In this document: positions 39,876 through 51,200 of the stretch, piece by piece
Numbering within the stretch: position 1 is the stretch's first letter
Layout of the letters: every line of letters begins with the position of its first letter
From: Trueperaceae bacterium
GTDB taxonomy: Bacteria; Deinococcota; Deinococci; Deinococcales; Trueperaceae
Length of the DNA stretch: 64,000 nt
NCBI GenBank assembly: GCA_965215565.1
Contig: CBDCDZ010000004.1
Location: 4,160,001-4,224,000 of the forward strand
Reading direction: 5' to 3'
Position numbers and translations under genes: made by a program
Notes under the pieces: model-generated
Database searches by the model: none
Told to the model about the DNA's origin: nothing
What the model saw: the letters and a program-made list of their open reading frames with translations, nothing else

Positions 39876-40661
39876 ATGAAACGCAACCTTTTACTCAGTA
39901 TTTTTATCAGTGCGGTGCTCACCGTTACACTCGTCGTCCTTGCGCAAGATACGGGCGGTGAGATGGATATGGAGGAGACGGGCGGTATGACAGGGGGTAT
40001 GTCCGGCGACATGACGGGCGGTATGACCGGCGGCATGATGGACTCCGACATGGCGAGCGAGATGGACGCGATGTTAGAGACCCTTATGCAGGACAGTAGC
40101 GCTACAGGCGGCAGCATGGAGGACATGGACACCTCGTCTATGACCATCGCTGAAGTCGTCGCGGCAAACCCGGACTTCGGCATCTTGGCGCAGCTCGTAC
40201 AGTCGGCGGGGCTCTTAGAAACGCTCAACGGCGAAGGACCCTTCACCGTCTTCGCGCCGAGTGACAGCGCCTTTTTACCCTTCACCAACAACCAGATCGT
40301 CTCGCTCCTCGGCGACACCGACGCGCTCACGAACGTACTCACCTATCACGTTGTGGACGGCGAACTAAGCTCAGGAGACCTCACGAGCATGAGCAGCGTG
40401 ACCACGCTGCAAGGCGGCGAACTGACGATCGGCGAGGGCATGATGAGCGACATGTCCGGCGACATGACGGGCGGCATGATGGAGGGCGATATGAGCACAA
40501 CCGGCGGCGAGATGTCGGATGACGTGTCTGGCGACATGACCGGCGGTGCGATGAGTGGACCCGGCCTCATGGTAGGCAGCGCCAGCGTTGTTACGGCGGA
40601 CATTCAAACTGTCAATGGCGTGATTCACGTGATCGACTCAGTGCTGATGCCGGGTAACTAA
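39876..40661 (+). CDS. Secreted fasciclin-domain protein with Met/Gly-rich repeats
   Basis: GPFTVFAP, LTYHVV, NGVIHVIDSVL; MTGG repeats. Confidence 0.88.
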   Translation: MKRNLLLSIFISAVLTVTLVVLAQDTGGEMDMEETGGMTGGMSGDMTGGMTGGMMDSDMASEMDAMLETLMQDSSATGGSMEDMDTSSMTIAEVVAANPDFGILAQLVQSAGLLETLNGEGPFTVFAPSDSAFLPFTNNQIVSLLGDTDALTNVLTYHVVDGELSSGDLTSMSSVTTLQGGELTIGEGMMSDMSGDMTGGMMEGDMSTTGGEMSDDVSGDMTGGAMSGPGLMVGSASVVTADIQTVNGVIHVIDSVLMPGN

Positions 40662-40676
40662 GTTTACGCGCTACTC

Positions 40677-40711
40677 AAAAAGAGCGGTCTCAGCGAGACC
40701 GCTCTTTTTTT
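40677..40711. terminator. Bidirectional intrinsic terminator
   Basis: AAAAAGAGCGGTCTC-AGC-GAGACCGCTCTTTTTTT between convergent genes. Confidence 0.88.
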
Positions 40712-40752
40712 GGCTTTAGTTTTCTTGTAGAAGCTCGAGCCTCTTTCTACTT

Positions 40753-41880
40753 TTAAGCAAAGAGCGTTGACTCGGAGAGGGCAGCGTTCGGCGCAACGGA
40801 CTCTACACCGAACGCCTCTCCTACACCCTGATGCGTCAGTTGTCCCTGATGTGTATTCAAGCCCTTGAGTAGCGCGGCGTCGTTCTGTAACGCCCCAGCG
40901 CCATGCTTGGCTAGCTCGAGCGCGTACGGCAACGTCTGGTTCGAAAGCGCAATCGTGCTCGTGTTCGGCACGGCTCCGGGCATGTTCGCCACGCCGTAAT
41001 GCACCACGTTGTCCACCACAAAGGTTGGCTCGTCGTGCGTAGTCGGTTTGCTTGTTTCGATACAGCCGCCCTGGTCCACCGCGACGTCCACGATGACGCT
41101 GCCCGCTTTCATCGTGCCGACCATTGCCTTTGTAACAAGATTTGGTGCCTTCGCGCCTGGGATCAAGACCGCGCCCACCAAGAGGTCCGCTTTCGTCACC
41201 ATCTCCGCGATGTTGGCGGGCGTGCTGGTGAGCGTCTGGATGCGGCTACCGAAGACGTCGTCGAAGTACTGGAGCCTCGAATGACTGATATCCAAAATCG
41301 TAACCCGCGCCCCCAGCCCGAACGCCATCTTCGCCGCGTTCGTCCCGACGACGCCGCCACCCAAGATGACGACTTCTCCCGCTTGCACGCCAGGCACACC
41401 GCCTAAGAGCAGCCCGCGCCCGCCCAAAAATTTACTCAGGTAAAACGCCCCCACCTGCGACGCCATGCGCCCCGCCACCTCGCTCATCGGCGTGAGAAGC
41501 GGCAGCGTCTTATCCGCAAGCTGCACCGTTTCGTACGCTACTGCCGTTGTTCCCGCACTGAGCAACGCCTCGGTAAGTGGCTTGTCGGCGGCGAGGTGCA
41601 AATATGTGAAGAGCAACTGCTCGTCACGCAAAAAGCCGTACTCCCGCTCTATAGGCTCTTTGACCTTCATCACCATCGGCTGCGCCCACGCCTCCTCCGC
41701 GCTGCCCACAACCGTCGCGCCCTGTGCTCCGTACTCATCGTCAGAAAAGCCGCTACCCACGCCCGCTTGCGTCTCGACGAAGACCTCATGCCCTGCGTCT
41801 ACAAGCGCCTTGACCGCGCCCGGCGTCACCGAGACGCGGTACTCGTGCCGTTTGACCTCTTTAGGAATGCCTAGTTTCAT
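40753..41880 (-). CDS. ald: Alanine dehydrogenase
   Basis: GIPKEVK..EYRV, KVKEP, YLHLAA, PMSEVAGR, DVAVDQGG, ANMPGAVP. Confidence 0.96.
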   Translation of the reverse strand: MKLGIPKEVKRHEYRVSVTPGAVKALVDAGHEVFVETQAGVGSGFSDDEYGAQGATVVGSAEEAWAQPMVMKVKEPIEREYGFLRDEQLLFTYLHLAADKPLTEALLSAGTTAVAYETVQLADKTLPLLTPMSEVAGRMASQVGAFYLSKFLGGRGLLLGGVPGVQAGEVVILGGGVVGTNAAKMAFGLGARVTILDISHSRLQYFDDVFGSRIQTLTSTPANIAEMVTKADLLVGAVLIPGAKAPNLVTKAMVGTMKAGSVIVDVAVDQGGCIETSKPTTHDEPTFVVDNVVHYGVANMPGAVPNTSTIALSNQTLPYALELAKHGAGALQNDAALLKGLNTHQGQLTHQGVGEAFGVESVAPNAALSESTLFA

Positions 41881-41947
41881 GAGGTAGTGTACGACACTCT
41901 GAGGAATGAGTTAAACGGGTTATTCAAGTTTTTATACAACATTATCT

Positions 41948-42475
41948 TTAAGGGGTGGGCTCGAGCAGAAATGAACTACCCCTGTTGGGATTACCCGTAG
42001 AGAGAAGTCCTTCGAAAGAAGGCTCGCTCTCTAAATTCTGACTATCGCTCGAGCGATAGTCAGCGACGAGGCTCCAGTTTTCGCCGCCAAGCTCAAACGT
42101 TGCATACACCGAGGGTGTCGTGGGCTCTCTAGGTTCGGTAAGTGTATAGAGGTAATCGCTGCTGTACCCTTCTCCGGTTAGAGGTACGCTCGCACTACCT
42201 TCGACGCTAATGTTCCCCGAAAAGGCGTAGCGGCAACAGGTATCTTCGCTGGTATCGCTCTCAGGATAATCGGCACATTCAGCCGTGAGGTTAGTCAGCT
42301 CGAGCGTCGAATTCTTGCTTTCAGGTACGTTGAAAATAGTCCCTGACCAGTTGCCGCGCAGCACGCTCGGATGTGTAGCGAAGGGTAATTCGGCAGCGGG
42401 CACAAAGGTATCGTCTCGCTGACAAGAGGTAAGCGTAAGCAGACTAAAGAGCACAACCACAAAAGAGCATTTCAT
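41948..42475 (-). CDS. Hypothetical lipoprotein
   Basis: LTSC lipobox; co-oriented downstream of truB. Confidence 0.65.
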   Translation of the reverse strand: MKCSFVVVLFSLLTLTSCQRDDTFVPAAELPFATHPSVLRGNWSGTIFNVPESKNSTLELTNLTAECADYPESDTSEDTCCRYAFSGNISVEGSASVPLTGEGYSSDYLYTLTEPREPTTPSVYATFELGGENWSLVADYRSSDSQNLESEPSFEGLLSTGNPNRGSSFLLEPTP

Positions 42476-42487
42476 AACCCAACGTTA

Positions 42488-43423
42488 TCACTGCCAAACG
42501 CGCAGCAAGCTAAACCTTTCACTTTTCGGCTCCGCTACCGCTACAAGCTCTCCCACCTCGTCCACGAGCCCGACGCGCTCTGTGAGCTTTAAGCTGAGCC
42601 GCTGTCCCTGGCGCACTCTTTTTACCTCTTGTTCGTCCAGTTTAACGAGCGGATAGGGAAGCGCGTCGGCTTTGCTCTTACCTCTTTCATTAGGGAGGGA
42701 CTCTACACTCACCGCCTCTTCTAACCGACTGCGCCCCGCCTGCGTCCTCACCAAACCCGAGAGGTGCGCGGGGACACCTAACGCCGCGCCCAAGTCTCTG
42801 GCGAATGCCCGAATGTACGTTCCTGCTTGCACCTGAACTGAAAGGAGCGCCGTAGGCAACGCCGCAAGAGGTTCAGGTAAGTCGAACACTCGACCCTCTT
42901 CGTTTGGCGTCCAACCTCTTTGCATAGGGCTGAAAGTTTGCGGTAAGGCGTCTCTCGTACTTGCGAAGTCTAAAAGTTGAATGGACCTATAACCCGCTGG
43001 TCGTGGCGGCAACCCTAAATCCTCCCCCTTTCGCGCCGCCTCGTACCCTTTCACGCCCCCTTTTTTGATGGCGGAATACTGCGGCGGAAGCTGCTCGGTT
43101 AGCGCTAAAAAGGGCGGTAACGCAGCCTCTACCTCTTCACGTGTGAGGTATGAGGCGTCACCTCTTTCCGAAATCGGTCCCTCCGCGTCCAGCGTCGGCG
43201 TGCTCGCGCCGAACGAGACCCAAGCGAGATAGGTTTTGTCCGACTCGGTTAGAAAAGGGGAGAGCTTGGTGGCGTCTTCTGTCAGAATGACGAGCACGCC
43301 CGTCGCTAGCGGGTCGAGCGTGCCTGCGTGACCGATGCGTTTAGTTTTGAGGAGTTTTCGCGTCCGCGCTACGACATCGTGTGAGGTGACGCTGAGAGGT
43401 TTATCGACGATAAAAACAGCCAT
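42488..43423 (-). CDS. truB: tRNA pseudouridine(55) synthase
   Basis: TSHDVV, GHAGTLDPLATGVL, PPQYSAIK, GTYIR. Confidence 0.95.
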   Translation of the reverse strand: MAVFIVDKPLSVTSHDVVARTRKLLKTKRIGHAGTLDPLATGVLVILTEDATKLSPFLTESDKTYLAWVSFGASTPTLDAEGPISERGDASYLTREEVEAALPPFLALTEQLPPQYSAIKKGGVKGYEAARKGEDLGLPPRPAGYRSIQLLDFASTRDALPQTFSPMQRGWTPNEEGRVFDLPEPLAALPTALLSVQVQAGTYIRAFARDLGAALGVPAHLSGLVRTQAGRSRLEEAVSVESLPNERGKSKADALPYPLVKLDEQEVKRVRQGQRLSLKLTERVGLVDEVGELVAVAEPKSERFSLLRVWQ

Positions 43424-43439
43424 ACCTCTTTCATACCAC

Positions 43440-43583
43440 CAGCAGGTATCGTCCGGTCACAGACACTATCACCATATAGAACATCCTTTAGTACACATAT
43501 CAGGTGATGGCACCTGCGGCAATTTATCATCACACGGTGTTGTCACACCTTTATCATCCGTCTGACCTCTTGACAAAATGTTG
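43440..43583 (+). mobile_element. Degenerate MITE-family copy
   Basis: CAGCAGGTATCGTCCGGTCA start matches the family end; right end is tentative. Confidence 0.45.
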
Positions 43584-43624
43584 CAGATATACAACAATAC
43601 GTTTTAAGAAAAAGACGAGGAGAG

Positions 43625-43900
43625 GTGCGCGTGCCGGGAGACAAACTGACCATCTACAACCGCCTCTCCGTGCTGCGGGCGGAGCGCGGGTTGTCGCGTC
43701 AAGAGCTAGCGGACGCCGTCGGGGTGAACTACCAGACGGTGGGGTATTTAGAGCGCGGCGACTACAACCCGAGTTTGGAATTGGCGTTTCGGCTCTCGGA
43801 GTTTTTTGAGTTGCCTATCGAGGTCATTTTCTCGACTAAGCCCCTTGAGCCTCTTAGCGAAGCGCTTTACAAATTTCAGAAGGGGAGTGAAGCAGCGTGA
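43625..43900 (+). CDS. XRE-family HTH transcriptional regulator
   Basis: NRL..LR.ERGLS..ELA..VGV..QTV..LERG.YNPSLELA. Confidence 0.9.
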   Translation: MRVPGDKLTIYNRLSVLRAERGLSRQELADAVGVNYQTVGYLERGDYNPSLELAFRLSEFFELPIEVIFSTKPLEPLSEALYKFQKGSEAA

Positions 43901-44406
43901 CTAACCTATTTAGATTTCGTTCACCGCTCAAGCGAAATGTTCGGCGCGTGCTTATTGTCGTTACCCTCACTATGCTTACGCTGTATCTCGGGCTGGCTTT
44001 ATATGGCGGCAGATTTAGCTGGGAAGGTCTTCTCCTTCTCTTTCTTTTCTGGCTTTTCGTATCACGCCTTTGTTACTCAACTTCAATCGTTATGAGTACG
44101 TCTTATCCGTTCAGGAGTAGGAAGGAGAGGCGCTTAGATGAGCGTCAGGAGAGTTTATTAAACCAAGCGTACCGTTTAGCTTACTTCGTCGCCGTTCCGC
44201 TTGCACTGGTCATTTTACTCGTGGATTTCTTTGGTTTTGGCGACACTCAAACTTTTTATAACAACTTGGGAGGTATTACCTCAATTCTAATCTACGCAAA
44301 CTTTTGCCTGATTGCGACGCTTCCAATGATGTACATTGCCTGGCTCGAGCCCGATCCCATCCAAGAGGGAACCGCTTACTCAGTTAAGAAAGGAAGTACA
44401 ACATGA
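43897..44406 (+). CDS. Membrane protein (DUF2178-like)
   Basis: Four TM segments, LDERQE...AY..AY, AWLEPDP. Confidence 0.7.
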   Translation: MTNLFRFRSPLKRNVRRVLIVVTLTMLTLYLGLALYGGRFSWEGLLLLFLFWLFVSRLCYSTSIVMSTSYPFRSRKERRLDERQESLLNQAYRLAYFVAVPLALVILLVDFFGFGDTQTFYNNLGGITSILIYANFCLIATLPMMYIAWLEPDPIQEGTAYSVKKGSTT

Positions 44407-44903
44407 GGCTGACGAAACCTTTTCACCTCGAGCTGAGCCGCTTCTGGCGCAGGGTCCTTGTGGTTCTTCTCTACGCCCTCGACGCCGGGCTGATCACCTT
44501 TTGGGCCTTGTTACCTCCTCCCTTATCCACCTCATTCACGCCATTGGTGCAGTGGGTGTCGCTTGCAGCGTTTGCGCTGATGGTCCTCACTGCGCTCGTT
44601 CTGTACGCCTCAACGGGCGGCGTCTCTGACATACACGACCGTGACCTCTATCCAAACGCCAAACCGCCCCCTGTTGATGAGCGCCAAGAAAAGGTCCGCA
44701 ACCAGGCTTACCTCATAGCCTATCTCATCTTGGGTCCGAGTCTGCTCGTACTCATCCCCTCAGCGGGGCAGATTGCTCCAATATGGCTCGTCACGCTTGG
44801 GCTTTTGCTCTACGCGGTTTTACCCATTGTAGTACTGGCCTGGCTCGAGCCCGACCCCCTCCCAAACGAAGACACCGAGGACGCACCGCACCTCTTGACG
44901 TAA
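44403..44903 (+). CDS. Membrane protein (DUF2178-like), paralog of the upstream gene
   Basis: VDERQE...AY..AY, AWLEPDP. Confidence 0.7.
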   Translation: MRLTKPFHLELSRFWRRVLVVLLYALDAGLITFWALLPPPLSTSFTPLVQWVSLAAFALMVLTALVLYASTGGVSDIHDRDLYPNAKPPPVDERQEKVRNQAYLIAYLILGPSLLVLIPSAGQIAPIWLVTLGLLLYAVLPIVVLAWLEPDPLPNEDTEDAPHLLT

Positions 44904-44950
44904 GCCCGGCGCGACCTCTTGGTCTGTAGCAGCGCTAAGATGAGAAGGAC

Positions 44951-46090
44951 ATGACATGGCTCGCTAGCGCTACTCTATTCCTTTGGCTCGTCCTCGCCCT
45001 CGACTGGTATAGGGGAATGCGCCGCATCACACAGCTTACATATGGCGCGCCGACATTAGAGGCATGCCCGGTGCTTTCAGTTGTTATCCCTGCTCTAAAC
45101 GAGGAGCGAGACATCGAGCGGAGTTTGGAATCCGTCTTAGCGCAGGATTACCCGAACTTAGAGGTCATCGTCTTGAACGACCGCTCGACGGACCGCACGG
45201 GTGAGATTTTGGAGGGGATGAAGGAGAGGGTTTCGCGCTTAGAGGTCATCCATATCGACACGCTGCCCAGCGGGTGGCTCGGCAAGAATCACGCTCTGTA
45301 TGTGGGCGCGAAGAGGGCGAAAGGTGAATGGCTCCTTTTTACCGACGCGGACGTGCGTTTTGATGAACGTGCCCTCGCTACCGCTGTCGCTTACGCCCAA
45401 AAGCAAAGCCTAGACCACCTCGCCGCGCTTCCTTGCTTGGAGGCGAAGAGCGTCCCACTCAAGTCGTTCGTCTCGGCGTTTTCACTCCTCTTTAGCATCT
45501 ACAGCCAACCGTGGCGCGTCACGAAGCCAAAGTCCAGGTGGCACATCGGTATCGGCGCATTTAACCTCTTGAAAAAAGAGGTGTACGAAAAGGTAGGCAC
45601 GCACCAAGCTATCGCCCTGCGCCCGGACGACGATATGAAGCTCGGCAAGCTCGTGAAGAGGGCGGGTTACAAACAAGAGGCGGTCTTTGCGCCCGAGCTG
45701 ATGCAAGTGGAGTGGTATACGGGCTTACGGGAGGCGATTCGTGGACTCAATAAAAACGCCTCTGCGGGATTAAATTACTCGCTACCTCTTGCTCTACTCG
45801 GCGTTGCTAGCCTCTTCGTGACGAACGTGCTCCCTTTTGCCGCAGTATTTTTCGCGGAGGGGTTGGCGCGTTGGCTGTTCGCCTTTTCCGTTGTCACCGT
45901 ATTCCTCGTCTACGTTTGGAACAAGCGGCTTTCCAAGTTGCCCGCATGGTACGCGGCGCTGCACCCTTTTGGCATCACAATGGTTCTTTACGCGACGTTA
46001 GAAGCGGTTGCTAAAGCTCTTTGGCGCGGGAGTATTTCGTGGCGGGGTACGCGCTATTCGCTCTCAGAGTTGAGGAAGAACAAGGTGTAG
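44951..46090 (+). CDS. Family 2 glycosyltransferase (membrane-anchored)
   Basis: VIPALNEE, DRSTD, GWLGK, FTDAD, WRG.RY. Confidence 0.88.
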   Translation: MTWLASATLFLWLVLALDWYRGMRRITQLTYGAPTLEACPVLSVVIPALNEERDIERSLESVLAQDYPNLEVIVLNDRSTDRTGEILEGMKERVSRLEVIHIDTLPSGWLGKNHALYVGAKRAKGEWLLFTDADVRFDERALATAVAYAQKQSLDHLAALPCLEAKSVPLKSFVSAFSLLFSIYSQPWRVTKPKSRWHIGIGAFNLLKKEVYEKVGTHQAIALRPDDDMKLGKLVKRAGYKQEAVFAPELMQVEWYTGLREAIRGLNKNASAGLNYSLPLALLGVASLFVTNVLPFAAVFFAEGLARWLFAFSVVTVFLVYVWNKRLSKLPAWYAALHPFGITMVLYATLEAVAKALWRGSISWRGTRYSLSELRKNKV

Positions 46091-46212
46091 GCGGTGTGTC
46101 AATAGGCTCGGCTGTCCTCTGCGACGTGTCGATTACGGGAGAGGGAGAGGGCTCGAGCCCTCTCTCACGTCTAGCAACCGTTCCGACTTCACAAAAACGA
46201 CTTTATAAAAAC

Positions 46213-48009
46213 TCAGACAACGAGCCGATTTCTACCTCCGCGCTTCGCCTCGTAGAGCTTCTTGTCCGCGATGCCGACGAGCTTCTCGTGATTCTCGGAG
46301 GCGAGATCATCGGAGAGACCGGCGCTCATCGTGATTTTAAGCTCGGGGTGGAAGGTGTGCCAGGGGTAATCTTGAATCGTCTGGCGGATGCGCTCGACGA
46401 TGTGCGCCGCGTTCTGTGAGGGCGTTTCGGGTAGCACGATGACGAACTCCTCGCCGCCGTAACGCGCCACCGTGTCGCCTTGGCGGACGCCCGCTTTAAG
46501 AAGCCTCGCGACCTCTTTAAGGACCACGTCGCCCATCTGATGCGAGAAGTCGTCGTTAACGCGCTTGAAGTGGTCGATGTCGCACACGACGACGCTGAGC
46601 GCGTGTTCGTGGCGCTTGGCGTGGGCGAAGGTTTTCGCCAGGGTCTCGTCTAGGTGGCGGCGGTTGTAGAGACCGGTCAGACCGTCTTCACGCGACTGTC
46701 TCTCCAGCCGGCTCAGCAGGGCGGCCTTTTCGTCGTTGGCGCTTCGCAGCGACGCGGTCAGCTCGCGGAGCGCCTCGACTGCCTGGGCTAGCTCGACGTT
46801 CTTGAGGCGGTAGAGTTCGTTCTCGTGCTCGGTCTGCTCGACCTCATACTGGACGCGCAGCGCCTGGAGTCTGAGGTCGGACTCGCGGTTGAACGCCGCC
46901 TGAGTGAGTTCGTCGTGTTTTTCCAGGTGCGAGCAAGCCTCGCGGAACTGGCGGTTCTTTTTGTACGCGGTGGCGAGGGCGCGGTGCGCTTTGCGGACTT
47001 CGTCGCCCGCGTCGCTCCTCTGCGCGTTGGTGAGACCTTCGTGCAGGGTGTCCAAGGCAAGCTCGAGCCGCCCGAGGCGCAAGTAGAGATTGCCGAGCTG
47101 TAAGCAGACCTCAGCCTCCCCCTTGGTGTCGCCCGCACCCCGCTTGGTTCCCAAGCTCTCCACTAAACACGCTTCCGCTTGCTCCATCTGCTCGAGCTTG
47201 ACGTAAATCGCCGCAAGGTCGTCTTGCGCGTAGCTCGCGCCTAAACGGTCGTCCAAAGCGGTCATGAGCGTCAGGCTTTCCTGGTTGTGGACGAGCGCCT
47301 GCTCAAACTGACCAAGCTGCAAGTAGGTGCGCCCGAGGTGATTGCGCAAGAGCGCGTGGGTGTGTTCGTCTTCGGCTTCGCCGCTCTGGGCTTGCAAAAA
47401 AGCGTCCAGCGCCTCTGTAAAGCGCCCTCGCTCGAAGTAGACCATCCCGATATTGATGAGCGTCCCGACTTCGCCTCGCGCATGTTCGGCGTCGCGGAAG
47501 ACGTCGAGCGCTCTAAAGTAGTAGTCCAGCGCGTTCGTGTGGTCGCCGAGGTTGAAGTAGGCGATGCCTATATTGTTGAAGGTGTCCGCCAACGCTTTTG
47601 TCTTGCCTAGCTCGGCGCATAGGGGCTGCAACGTTAAAAAGGTCTTCAGTGCGCCCGCGTAATCGCCAGACTGACCGTGGATGATGCCCAGCAGGTTGAG
47701 CGCTCTGCGCCTCCCCTCCTCGTCTTGCGAAGCGTCGAGATGTTTGAGGGCGCGCTGCACCTTGTCGCGGGCTACCTGGAGGTCGGACGAGCGCATCGCG
47801 CCGTAGCTCAGGGTGATGAGGCTGAGCGCCTGACCCCGCTCGCAACCTGCCCTCCTCGCGCGGTGGAGCGCTTCCTCGGCGAGTCGTAGCGCCCGCCTCG
47901 TGTCAGTGCGGTGCAGCGTCCAAGCGAGTGCGTTAAGCTCGTCGATTTCGTGGGTGGTAGGGCCTATAAGGTCTGCGCAGATCATCTCGAGGCTCCTTTC
48001 TGGTCTCAC
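46213..48009 (-). CDS. TPR-GGDEF diguanylate cyclase
   Basis: TPR repeats; DGLTGLYNRR, RQGD, GGEEF. Confidence 0.9.
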   Translation of the reverse strand: MRPERSLEMICADLIGPTTHEIDELNALAWTLHRTDTRRALRLAEEALHRARRAGCERGQALSLITLSYGAMRSSDLQVARDKVQRALKHLDASQDEEGRRRALNLLGIIHGQSGDYAGALKTFLTLQPLCAELGKTKALADTFNNIGIAYFNLGDHTNALDYYFRALDVFRDAEHARGEVGTLINIGMVYFERGRFTEALDAFLQAQSGEAEDEHTHALLRNHLGRTYLQLGQFEQALVHNQESLTLMTALDDRLGASYAQDDLAAIYVKLEQMEQAEACLVESLGTKRGAGDTKGEAEVCLQLGNLYLRLGRLELALDTLHEGLTNAQRSDAGDEVRKAHRALATAYKKNRQFREACSHLEKHDELTQAAFNRESDLRLQALRVQYEVEQTEHENELYRLKNVELAQAVEALRELTASLRSANDEKAALLSRLERQSREDGLTGLYNRRHLDETLAKTFAHAKRHEHALSVVVCDIDHFKRVNDDFSHQMGDVVLKEVARLLKAGVRQGDTVARYGGEEFVIVLPETPSQNAAHIVERIRQTIQDYPWHTFHPELKITMSAGLSDDLASENHEKLVGIADKKLYEAKRGGRNRLVV

Positions 48010-48229
48010 TCTAGAGGATGTCCCCTTACACGCTTCTTACAAGCTTGCTTATAGGGAGCTTGCCGCGCCCTCGCCGCAAGGAGCAGCGCGCGAGCGTCTG
48101 TAAGAATTTTGTAAGGTTATCCGCTCTATGCTCGGCAGGAGTATCTCGAGCTGTGCGTGAGCCGCGCAGCCGACATGTGAAAAATATCTATCTGCGAGGC
48201 AGCGCGTAGGCGCTGCGGAAAGGTCGAAT

Positions 48230-51200
48230 ATGTTCCAGACAGTTTGGTGGCGCGCCGCGCTCGCGGCGCTCACTGCCGCCGCGCTCAGCGCGTGCGGCGG
48301 CGCTCCCGCCCCGGACGCCGAGCCGCCCGTCCGTTACGACTACGCGCTGAGCGTCGACATCACGCCGCAGGACAGCCGCGCGGAGGTAGAGGCGCGTTAC
48401 GGCGCGTCAGCCCTCGTTTGGCACCCTGAGGCGGGCTTCGCCGTGCTTGGCGTCGAGGGCAGCCTGGTCCCGCCGGACGCCGAGGCGCTCCGCGAGAACA
48501 ACAAGGACGCTTTTAGCATTCCTGGTGTGAGCGCGCTGGGGCGCAACTCTTGGGCGAGCGGCCGCAATTCCTGGGCGAGCGGCTGGAATGCGGTAGCGGG
48601 TGGCGCGGATGAAGCCGTGCGCACCACCTTCGAGCAAAACCTGACCGCGTGGCGGCAGGTCAGGCTCGCCGAGGGTCAAGCGCTCGCGCCCAGCTTAGGG
48701 CGCGGGGTCAAGGTCGCGGTCATCGACACGGGCGTCGACGTGTATCACCCCGCGCTGCAGGGCAGGCTCGCCCCCAAGAGCGAGTGGAAGGACTTCGTGG
48801 ACGGCGACGCGCTCCCGCTCGACGAGCGCTCTGACGCGGGCAACGGGGGACATGGGCACGGCACGGGCGTGGCGGGCGTGATCTTGCAAGTCGCGCCCGA
48901 AGCAACCATCTTGCCTCTTCGCGTGTTGCGCTCGGACGGCTCGGGCGACCTCACGGACGTCGCGCTGGCTATCGACTGGGCGGTCCAAAGCGGTGCGGAC
49001 GTCATCAACCTCTCGCTCGGGGCGCATGGCGACACGGACTCCAAAGCCCTATCGCGAGTGCTCAAGTACGCGCGCCAGCAGCGCGGCGTCCTCTTCGCTG
49101 TGTCCTCGGGCAACTCCGGCGACGACAAGGTTGCCTATCCTGCTAAACTCGCCCGTCGCGGCGGCTTCGAGCACCTCGTCAGCGTCGGCAGCGTGGACGC
49201 GCTGCGCGTCCGCTCGGCTTTCTCGACCTACGGTTCGGACGTCAGCCTTTATGCGCCCGGTGAAGCGGTCTACACGCTCGCGCCCGAACGCGGTGTTATG
49301 CACTGCACCGGCACCTCCTTCGCTGCGCCCGTTGTGGCGGGCGCGCTGGCGCTAGCCCTCGGCGACTTTGGGGACGATCCGGTGACGCACGCCCAGACGC
49401 TCCTTTCATCCGTCAGTGACGATGTTGATACGAGGGACGACACGGCGGATGGTGCGGACACGGGGATGCTCGACGCTGGACGCTTCTTGAACGTGGTTAA
49501 AGGGGTGACAGGCGAGATGGTTCTCAGCAGCAGTACCGTGCTCGAGAACCAAGCGGCAGGCGAGGTGGTAGGGCGCTTCAGCGTGACGGACGGTAGCCTT
49601 CCGAGTTACAGCCTGGTGCCGGGTGAGACCGACAACGGTAGTTTTACCCTTACCAACGACGAACTCAGAACCGCCGAACGCTTCGACTACGAAACCAAGC
49701 GCAGCTACAGCGTTCTTGTCGAGGCGAATGACGGTAGCGGTAATACCTTGCGCAAGGACTTTACCGTGACCGTTCAAAACTTGGACGAGCAAAACCCTAA
49801 CGCAACGTTTGACAACCCCGGCACACTAACTGAAGGGGAAGCGGTGACGCTCACCGGAAGCGCCAGTGACGACGTGGATGTGCGCAAGCTCGAGCTGTAC
49901 GAAGACGGCCTCCTGCTGGGCGAGGCTACCCTCGCGCCGCCTGGCTCCAGCAGCGACTGGCACTACCTCTACACCCCGCGCTCCGCTGGCACCTTCACGC
50001 TCAAGTTGATAGCCTACGACGCGGCGGGTAACACACTAGCGACAACCCTGACGGTGACGGTAGTAGAGGTAAAGGGATGGTCCGTGCAGTTCGGTGACGA
50101 CACTACCACCGACGATGCCGAAAGCATTACGGCTGACGCCGAAGGCAACCTCTACCTTGCGGGCAAGACCAGCGGCAACTTAGCGGGTACCTCTAGTGGC
50201 AAGCTCGACGTCTTTGTGATGAAGCTTAATAGTCGCGGTGAGCGAGTGTGGGCAGATCAGTTCGGCAGCGGCGGCAATGATGATGCTGAAGGCGTCGCCG
50301 TTGACGCAGCAGGCAACCTCTACGTGGTGGGCTACACGCATGGTAGCCTCGATCCTGAGGGCAGCAACTTCGGCAACACGGACGCCTTTATCGCTCAGTA
50401 TAGCGAGGGCAGTGACGGTGTGCTGAAGCTGAGCTGGAGGAAACAGTTTGGCGCGGCGGGTCATGAGAAGGCTGAAGCTGTGGCGGTTGACGCGGCGGGC
50501 AATATCTACATTACGGGTCACACTACGAGCGGCTCGGCGGACTTCGACAAAGACGTCTTCGTGGCTAGATATGACAGTAGCGGCGTCCAGAAAGGGTTCA
50601 GTCAGTTTGGCAGCTCCGCCGACGAGGAAGGCAAAGATATCGCTGTTGACGCGACGGGCAATGTCTACATCACAGGCTATACAGATGGTGACCTGAAGGG
50701 TTTGGGTTCTAACGCAGGTGGTTTCGACCTCTTTATCGCCAAGTATAGAAGTAGTGGCGAGCAGGAATGGCTCAAGCAGTTCGGCAGCGAGGTTGACGAT
50801 GAGGGCAAAGGCATTGCTGTTGACGCAGCAGGTAACGCCTACGTTGTTGGTTATACGCGCGGCAGTTTAGAATTGGGTTACCAAAACGCCGGCAATTCCG
50901 ACTTTGTTATTGCCAAGTACGACAGTACTGGCAAGCAGGAATGGCTCGAGCAGTTCGGCAGCGCATCGGATGACGGTGCTCACGCCGCCGCAATTGACGC
51001 CCAAGGCTACATCGTCGTTACTGGTTATACCTATTCCGACGATATCCTCGCCCTGAAATATGACAGCGCGGGCAATCAGGTTTGGGCGGAGCAGCTCGGC
51101 AGTGCCCAGCGCGAGCACGTTGACGGTATCGCGGCGGATATGCGAGGCAACGTTTTCATCACAGGTTATACAGAGAGCACGTTGGATGGAGCGCCCATAA

